This document shows, piece by piece, positions 8,818-17,002 of a stretch of 20,000 nt of DNA. Made by a program: the position numbers and the translations under genes. The notes under the pieces were generated by a model. The model ran no database searches. It worked only from the letters and a program-made list of their open reading frames with translations, and was not told the origin of the DNA. The number at the start of each line of letters is the position of its first letter. Positions within the stretch are counted from its first letter, which is position 1. Location: assembly GCA_001724265.1 (NCBI GenBank), contig MEDY01000103.1, positions 57,470-77,469 of the forward strand, read 5' to 3'. Source of the stretch: Rhizaria sp. SCN 62-66. Its lineage: Eukaryota.

Positions 8818-10643
8818 TCATGAGTGTCGCGCTCGCGGCTGCGGGCGCATTAACATCGCCAGCTGTGCCTGAAGATCTGCCACACTCGGCTCCGTGTGCT
8901 GATTCTGCAGTTGTGCCACACTCTCATTCGCGCCGCTCGCGCTCACGCTGCCGAGATCAGCAGCAGTCTCGGTCCTGTCATCCACAGGCGCCTCTGTCTC
9001 AAATACAAGCCCCACGGGCGACGCCACGCTCTGTTGCAGCGCGCTCGCTGCCTGTGATGAGCGCGCGTTCGCGCTCGCGCGACTGCTGTGTCCACTGTTC
9101 ACACTCGTGTTGAGTGCAATGGGAGCCGCAAGTGCTGCGGTAGCGGCAGCAGTGTACGTGGGCACCGCGCTGGCGTTGCTGCCGGCCTCCACAACCTCAA
9201 ACCCCCACTCGTTGTCGGCGCTCGCAGCGGCGCTAGCAGCGGCAGCAGCAGCGGCAGCAGCGGCGGCGGCGGCTGCGGCGGCGGCGTCCTGGGGATGTAC
9301 CCAGTCAGCAAAGCGCGTCTGCAGCGCGCGGCAGTCGCGCGCGGCGCAGCGCGGGTTGCGGCGCATGGCCCACTGGGGGAAGTAGTCGGACATCGCGTTG
9401 TAGCCCACGTAGTGCGAGACGGTGCCGAAGCCCAAGCAGAACTTGAGCGCGTTCTGCGGGAGCAACACAAATGATAAAAGAAACAATAATTCGGTGGATG
9501 ATATTATAGCGTGTAAATGAACAATAAAACGCAAAATCATAATCAAAAACATAACCTTAAAGTTCTATGCGTCCTCAAACAGCACCGACGAACCTGCACG
9601 AGCATGGCTGCGACAAGCGACATGGTGGTGGGCAGCGAGGCCGCGCACACGCCCTCGCGCTTAAGCGTGCTTTCGCTAACGCCGCTCTCAACGATTAGCG
9701 GCGGTGCGCACTCGAAGCAAGCCGTGCGGCCCGGCAGCAGCAGCTGGATGTGGCCCGAGACGGCGTCTTCGCTTACGCCAGACTCGAACCACGGCGCGCA
9801 CAGGCGCAGACATGCGCGGTTGACTGCCAGCCGCGCACCGTAGTTGTCCACGCACGACAGCACCAGCGACACCGGAGCGGCAGACGCGCTGCTTGCAGTG
9901 GCGGCGCCCGCGGCGACGGCCTCCGCGGCAGCGACGTCTGCAGGAGTTGTCACAGGAGCGCTATCAGTCCCGCTCCCCTCCTCTTTGTTGTCGCTCGCAG
10001 CGCTAGGCTGGACTCCGCCGGCCGCAATCCTGCCGCAGAAGTGTTCGAAGTTGTCGACCGAGGTGACGTCGTAGCAGTGCGTCTCGACCTCGACGTCGGG
10101 GTTGATCCCACGCAGCGTCGCGGCCGCCGCGGCGACCTTGCTCTGCCCCGCCTGGTCCGGCCGGAAGAACAGCCGGTTCATGTTGGCGAGCTCCACGGCG
10201 TCGTAGTCGAATAGCAGCAGGCGGCCGACGCCGCAGCGCGCGAGCATCTCTGCGGCGACGGAGCCGACACCGCCGACGCCGACGACGGCGACCGAGACGT
10301 CGCGGATCGACGCGTAGTTCGGCACGATGCCCATGCGCTGCAGCGCCATCAACCGGCTGTACGGGTTCGAAGATGTCACTTCGGCGCTGCAGTCGGGCGG
10401 GCCGAGCGCGGCGGGTTGTTGTGAGCAAAAGCATGAGCAGATGCGAATGACCAAGCAGGAACATTGAGTGAGTTTTCTTATGATATCAAGGATTAAAATG
10501 AGTCATTGTTGCGTTAGCAAGTAATGGCAACAAAAAAGAAGTACATGTGAGACGACAAACCTGAAAGCGCGCGGTTGGTGCGCTGGGGCGGTCGTAGGTA
10601 GCTACTGCGCCTGCGGGGAGGATGGCAGATCTTGTTGAGACAT
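8818..10643 (-). CDS. UBA5: UFM1-activating E1 enzyme UBA5, about 503 aa; exons 10643-10561 (contains in-frame TAG at 10604-10602), 10386-9594, 9453-8818; stop TGA
   Basis: [84 protein letters not shown] (catalytic Cys), [14 protein letters not shown] (UFM1/LIR-type motif), C-terminal SVADLQAQL helix. Exon 1 boundaries are less certain than the family call. Confidence 0.95.
9226..9286 (-). repeat. GCN repeat encoding a poly-Ala tract in the UBA5 linker
   Basis: About 19 consecutive Ala codons before DNEWG. Confidence 0.85.
9454..9593 (-). other. Intron 2 of UBA5 (140 nt, phase 0)
   Basis: CAG|GTTCGT...ctcccgcAG|AAC; restores the conserved LVQ-NALK. Confidence 0.92.
10387..10560 (-). other. 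Intron 1 of UBA5 (174 nt, phase 2)
   Basis: AG|GTTTGT...gactgcAG|C; join reads [14 protein letters not shown], matching the family's MSxEVVDSNPY. Confidence 0.8.
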
Positions 10644-11201
10644 AAGGCCAGACCCGTCTAAAATTGACAACATCAAAGGTTATTAAGGGCATTAAGTTGT
10701 TAAGGTGAGATCATCATGTGTAAAATGCTCCTAAAATACATATAACTGGCATTTGTCAACCAAAACAGACAACCCGTCAAGAGAATCTTGCAAAGGTCGG
10801 ATGTCTAAGAGCTTGTGATGTGCCTCCGTCTCCGAGAGCGCTAAGAGCAGAACAAAAATGTTCACAAATAGGGTAGATGACGTTGTCTTCTAATATAATT
10901 GAACGATAGGATATAAATTGATGTTTCAGCTTTGCTTTTGGTATTCACACTCTCGTTGACGGTCCATATCGTTCTATCATGACGAATTAAATGTTGTCAA
11001 TCAAGTCGGGTAACCGTTGACAGCTCACCTCCTGTCTTTCTCACAAAAGTCGACCGTGTGCTATGAACGGAAAGACTGTGAAATAATACGACGGCTATAT
11101 ATTATTTTGTTTTTATTACATCTGTTGCTACTATTGACTTTTGTTAATCTCTTTTATTCCGTTCAGGATACGCAGAACCAGCTTTAGAGCTCACTTCCCA
11201 A
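10644..11201. promoter_or_regulatory. Divergent intergenic region, probable bidirectional promoter for UBA5 and the large hypothetical gene
   Basis: 558-nt AT-rich spacer between divergent ATGs; seven TTGAC/GTCAA pentamers. Confidence 0.55.
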
Positions 11202-13073
11202 ATGTCGTTCGCCCCGCCACAGCGCCGGCCCGCCACAGCCTCTGCTACCCGCGCTGCGCGACCAAGCTCTGCTGTGGCGCCGCAACATTATCCCGCGCAC
11301 TTACGGCTTGCGCTGGACCTGGCTGCTGCCTCATCCTTCACACCCGCAGCAGACCCTAGCACGATATCCGACATCAGCAAGCAAGCTCAACACGAGCCCT
11401 TTCTTCCAGCGTCTAGGCCGCTGTCGCTCGCGCTTGGCCCTTCGCACTCACAGACGCAGCTCCAGCTGCAGTTGCCCCCGCGCGCGCCCGGTAAGGGCCT
11501 GTATACCCCCGCGACAACCACTGTCTCCGCTGCAGCCAGCACTGCAGCCCCGCCGACCAACGCCGCCGCGAGTAACGGCGCGAGCTGCGCCCCGCTGCCG
11601 CGGCCGCAGCCGGCGTTGCACGCGCACGCACTGCCCCCGCGCGCACCTTTATCCCACCCGGAGCCCACCGCCTCCGCCTCCGAGACCGCAACTACGACAA
11701 CGCTTGCGCCTGCGGCCGTGAGCTCCGCAGAAGCGTCTGCAGCAACAGCAGCCGCCGCCGAGCCAAGCGCGGCAGTCGCGGCAGAGCTGTCGGGCGCGGG
11801 CGCGCGCGTGGGCGACGTGTGGGTGCCCGCGGGCTCAGTGCACCCGTTCCTGCGCCGCCCGCGGCGCCCGCAGTCCGCGTACCTGCTGCGCCCGCCGCCG
11901 GCTCAGGCGCACGGCAAGGCCGCTGCCGCCGCCAACACGAAAGCATCAGACGACGCAGACGCGGACGCGGACACAATCACCGAGGCCGCAGCCGCCGCGG
12001 CGGCCACTGCCAGCGGCCCCGCGCTCCCGAACGCCAACGTTGGGGCCGCTAACGACAGCAACAAAAACGGCGGTAGCAACAGCAACGACGCTGTCGCTGT
12101 CGCGAGCTCCGTCGCAGGGCCGAACGCTGGCGCCTCGGCCGCCGCCGCCGGCGCGGGTGCGGCCGCGGGCGGCGGCTTCGGCGCGGGCGGCGTGCTTGCG
12201 GGCGCATTTGCGGCGGCCGTGGCACCCGCGCTGCTGCGTCGGTTCGCGCCGCTGCAGCAGCAGCAGTTGTGGCGCGAGGAGGAGGAGCGGCAGCAGCGGC
12301 AGCGCGCGCGCAGCAGACGCGCCGCGGCGGTTGCGGCCGGCGCGCACTCCCGCGGCGACGGTGAGCGGGGGCTCTGGGGCAGCAGCGGCAGCGGCAGCAG
12401 CGACGATGGTGACGACAGCGATGACGATGACGACTACCACAACGTGGGCGGACTCTATAGCAACAGCAACGCTGCTCGCAACGAGGCGCGTGGCCGAGGA
12501 AACGACAGCAGTCTGGGAAATGACAGCAGTCACGCCAAGAACTCTGGCGACAAGCGTAGCACTAACACTGCGACAGCTGGCTCCACTGATGCCAATGCTG
12601 TTGCAACCAGCAACACGAATAATGACAAGAATGACAAGGGGAAGGACCAGGGCCCCGCTGTGGACGCTCAGGCAGCCGCCAAAGCGAAGCAGAGTCGTCG
12701 CCGCAGCCGCGACCGCAGGCGCAGCGGCGGCCTGCAGAGCCGCAACCACGTCTCGCTGCTGGGCCTGACGCCGCTGGAGCAGCAGGCCGTCTCAGCCGCT
12801 GCAGGCGACGGCGATGCAGGTGGCGACGACTACTACAGCCACAGCGGCGCGCCTGCCGCCGGCGCGAACGGCATTGCCAGCGCCGCTGCAGGTGATATTA
12901 GCCACAAAAACAAGAACTCTGATCCGAGCGCAAGCGCCGAGGATGCGGGCGGGACGCTGGCGCTGCCGCCAGGGCTGTCGCGCGCGGCGCTGTCAGAGGA
13001 CGAAAGCACCGACGACGGCCACGCGGGGCCCGGCGCCCGCGCGCCCAAGGGCAGCCGCTTCGGCGACCCCAAG

Positions 13074-13105
<32 letters not shown>

Positions 13106-14464
13106 TGGCGGCGGTGGCGTGAACAGAGCTGTCAGTGGCACTGCGGTGGCTGTAGCTGTGGAGCGGCGCGTGCGCAGGCCCCGACCCGCCACTGCGGGGC
13201 CTGTCCCCAGTATGGCCATCGATGTCAGTAACAACAACAACAGCACTGTTAGCGGTGCCGATGATGCCGCCGCCATTGACAGTGATCGCAACAGCACCAA
13301 CAATGGAGCAAGCGCGAATGCTAATCCTGGCTCGAGCGCGTTTCCGCCGCAAACGCAGCGTCCAAGTCGGCCTCAAAATCTTGGAGAGGCGCAGGAAAGC
13401 CAGGTGCAGGGCCGCCATGACTGGCGCCAGCCGCTGTCGTCGCTGCTCCGTCGGCCTGCCTCCGCGGTCCCCGCCCCGGCCCCGGTCCCCGCCTCAAGCG
13501 CTGCCAACTCGAACGACGCGCGCGCTGGCGGCAACGCAGACGTCAACGCAGCAACGAGCGCGACGGCGTGTACGAGTGCGGGCGCGTCCGCCGGCGCGGT
13601 CGACGACAACGAGGGCGTGCTGCCCGCGATGTCGCCGGCGGACGCCTTCGCGGCGCGCGCACAGCTGCTGGATCTGAAGCGGCTGGAGCTGTCCGTGCTG
13701 GCGGCCGCGGAGCCGCACCTGCCACTGCCGGCGCTGCGGCCACTGCGGCGCGCGCTAGCGGCGGGTATCGAACAGGTGCACGCGCACTTCGTGACGCTCG
13801 AATGTGCACGCGCCGCCGCCGAGGCCGCACTCGCACAGCGCGACGAGGCGGACCGGCGCGCCGCTGAGGCGGAGCGCGGGGTGGCGGAGGCCCGGCGCGA
13901 GGCCGCTGCGCTGCGGAGGCGGTTGCGGGAGGCCAAGGGGCTCGTGCGCCACGAGCGCCAAGAAGCCGCCGAGCTCACGCAAAGGTATGAGACTCGCAAT
14001 GCGAACTCAAAACGAGCGCTTATCTTTTAAAATTGGCAGTTCCTTAATCTTTTGAGCTTGAACACAACCTTTTCATGGTTAAAACTCATCAATTTGTCAT
14101 TGTTTCTCCACTTTTTGTAGGTACCTTTTCTCTATCTCGTCGGCGCGAGACATCTTCCTGACCTTCGCACTACCGGGCTCGCACGCGCTGGACGCCTTCT
14201 CCGACTGGGCCGCCCGCAACGCGCGCAGCCTGGCGCTGGCTGGCGCCGTGCCCGCCGCGGGGCTGGGGCTCGCGGCAGACTCGGACGCCGACGCCGCCTC
14301 CGCCGCCGCGGCCGACGCGGACGCCGAGACGGAGGCGCTGGCCGCCGGCGCTGCGCGGCTGCGCGGCCGCATCGCCGCCGCCGCACCGCCGCCTCGCGCC
14401 GGCGGGACCCGCGCCTCGGTCCTCGGGCGCGGCGGCCGCGGCGTCGGCGGGCGCTACGACCCCA

Positions 14465-14497
<33 letters not shown>

Positions 14498-16656
14498 GCG
14501 AGCGCGCAGCGGCGCGGCTGCTGGGCGACGCGTCGCGGGCGCTGCAGACGCGCGCGGCCGAGGTCGAGGCCGCGCTGGTGCTGCGCGTGTCGCAGCTGCA
14601 GGGCCGGCTGGCCGCGCTGGCGGGCCGCGTTGTCGCCGCCGAGGCCGCCGCGGCGCGCGTGGCGCACCGGCAGCGGCGCTACGCCGCCGTGTACTCGGCT
14701 GTCGTCGCGGGGCTAGCTTCGCCCGCGTACGTGCGCCAAGTGCAGCAGCTCCACGCCATGGACATGGACGCCACCTCGGGCGCCGACGCCGCGCGCGCAC
14801 TCGCCGCGGCCGCCGCGGCGGAGGCCGACGCCGACGGCGGCTCCTGGCCGCTGTCTTCGGCCAGCGTCAGCGGCGGTGCGAGCCGCATGTCACAATCACC
14901 GCGGTCGCCGCGGTCCGCACACTCCCCACGCTCGCCGCGCTCCCCACGCTCGCAGTCGCCGTCGCTGTCGCCGCCGCGCTCGGGCACCGTGTCGCCGCGC
15001 CTCTACGGCAGCGCGGGCAGCGGGGGCAGCGCCGGCGTCGGCAAGGGCAGCTGGGGCGTCGCCGGCCGCGGCGGCTCGCGGCCCGGGTCGCGCCCCGCCT
15101 CGCCCAGCCAGGGCTACGGCGGCCACAGCCTTGCCGTCCCCAGCGCCGCCGCTCCCGGTGCGGGGCTCAGCGTGTTCCACTCAAGCGCCTTCGCCGCACT
15201 GGCTGCCACCGCGGCCTCGCCCGCTGCCGCCGCGTCGGTCGCCGCGGGCGCGGTCGGCGGCGTCGCGGGCGCGGTCGGCGGCGTTGCGGGGGCGCCGCAG
15301 TCGCACTCGCCGTCGCCGGCGCCGTCGCCGGCGACGCAACCGCAGCCGCCGTCGTTGCAGCCGCCGTCGCGCGCCGCGGCATCACCCGAGCGCGGCATCA
15401 GGCCGTCCTCTCCGCAGCCCGCGAAGCGCGCCGAGCCCAGCGCCAACGCCGGCGCCGGCGCCGATGCCGGCGCCGCGGTGGGGCTGCTCGCCGTGCCGGG
15501 CGCGGCTGTGGCGACGCAGCTCATGTTCTCCTCGAGCCAGCAGCCCCCCGCCCCGAGCCCGACCCCGTCGCCGGCTCCCACAGCCGCTGGCGTGGGCGGA
15601 GGGACTGGCGCTACGGTGGGCGCGGTCGTAGGGTCGCACGCGGCCGCGGGCGGGCGCGGCGCGGCGCTTAAGACGGCCGCGCTGACGGCCCCGCCCTTGG
15701 GGCACGCGCGCCTCTACGGGGGGCTGTTGGCCCCGACGGCTGCCGCCGCCGCGGGGGCCGGTCGGCGTGCAGACGCTGCCCCCGGCGAGGCTGTGTTCGC
15801 TGGCGCTGGCGCTGGCGCTGGTGGCGACGACAACGAGACTGCTGCTGGTTCTTTTGGCGATGACGCTGCAAGGCTCGGCGGGCTGCTCGTTACTCGCGGC
15901 ATTCTTAAGTCGCAACAGCAGCAACAGCAGCAACAGCAGCAGCAACAGCAGCCGCAAGCGCAGCCGTGGCAGTCGCCGTCTTTGTCTCAGTCGCAGCTTC
16001 TCGAAATGCCCCCGCCCAACACCACGTTTTTTTCCGTGCGCAGCGGTGTGGGCGTCAGCCTTAACGGCGACGGCGACAGCGCCGGTGGCGCCAGTAGCGG
16101 CGGCGGCGGCGGCGGCGCAGACGCGATGTGGGGCGACGGCGACGTGTTCCCGCCCTCCCCGCGCTCGCTCGCCGTCTCCGCCGCGGCCGCGGCCGCGGGC
16201 TCGGAGTCCGCGCTGGCGCGCGAGCGCGACCGCGTGCTGGCGGCGGCGCAGGCGGCCGTGCGCGCGCGCCATCTGCAGGGCCCCTTCGCGGTCGCGCCCG
16301 CGGCCCTCTCCGCGCGCCCGCGCGCGCGGCCCGCCACTGCGCGCGGCGCCGCGCCGGGGGCCGAGGCCGCACAGACCGCGCTGGTTGCTGCGGGCGACAC
16401 GGCAACCGTTGCCGCCGCCGGCGCGAGCGCGGAGCCGCGCGTGAGCAGCGAGTCCGGTGCGTTGCGGCCGCGCGAATACCCATTCGCTCAGTCGCAGGCG
16501 CAAGCGCAAGCGCAGGGACCCACCAGGCCTGTCGTCGTGCGCGGGCTCTTCCCGCGGCCCGCGGGCGCCGAGAACACCGCCGCGTCTGACGCAGAGGCCG
16601 GCGCGGCGAGGCAGCAGGAGGAGGTGCTCACGGCGGCGCTGGACCGCCGCAGCTAA
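11202..16656 (+). CDS. Large hypothetical low-complexity protein (about 1772 aa) with central coiled coil, RPxTA/RPxSA motifs, SPR repeats and poly-Gln; exons 11202-13984, 14121-16656; stop TAA
   Basis: The 942-aa and 802-aa ORFs join in frame across a GTATGA..tttttgtAG intron (ELTQR-YLFSISSARDIF); codon style matches the neighbouring genes. Confidence 0.8.
13985..14120 (+). other. Intron of large hypothetical gene (136 nt, phase 2)
   Basis: AG|GTATGA...ctccactttttgtAG|G; AT-rich. Confidence 0.88.
15913..15951 (+). repeat. CAA/CAG tract encoding poly-Gln (13 Q)
   Basis: caacagcagcaacagcagcaacagcagcagcaacagcag. Confidence 0.9.
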
Positions 16657-17002
16657 GTACGCCAGTGAATCGACTCAATGTGAAAACAGGAAACAAAGAG
16701 ATAACCTCGACTTTTTTCTTGAAACACTGTTGATCTTATTGAGTTAACTATATATATAGCTTATTCTAATTAAAAATACACATTTAATTGCTTATTCAAG
16801 TGAGACAATTCCAAAAAGCGTTCATGCTATCTGTGAGAGCACTCGCGCCCTCTGTGCTGTCGACTGTGGAGGGATCGAAGTAATTGGATTCCGACGTGAA
16901 AAGTCCGTCAATAGGGATATCACGGAACATACTAAGTTAATTATTGAGTTAATTTTCAATCAACAAATAATACTCTTCAGGTACCTCTATTGGTCGCAAA
17001 AC

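Noticed and set aside
10602-10604. Pyrrolysine or A-to-I (UAG to Trp) recoding
   Set aside because: Pyrrolysine is not known in eukaryotes and no pyl genes are present; Trp is implausible in these disordered contexts. Editing can only be formally excluded with RNA data.
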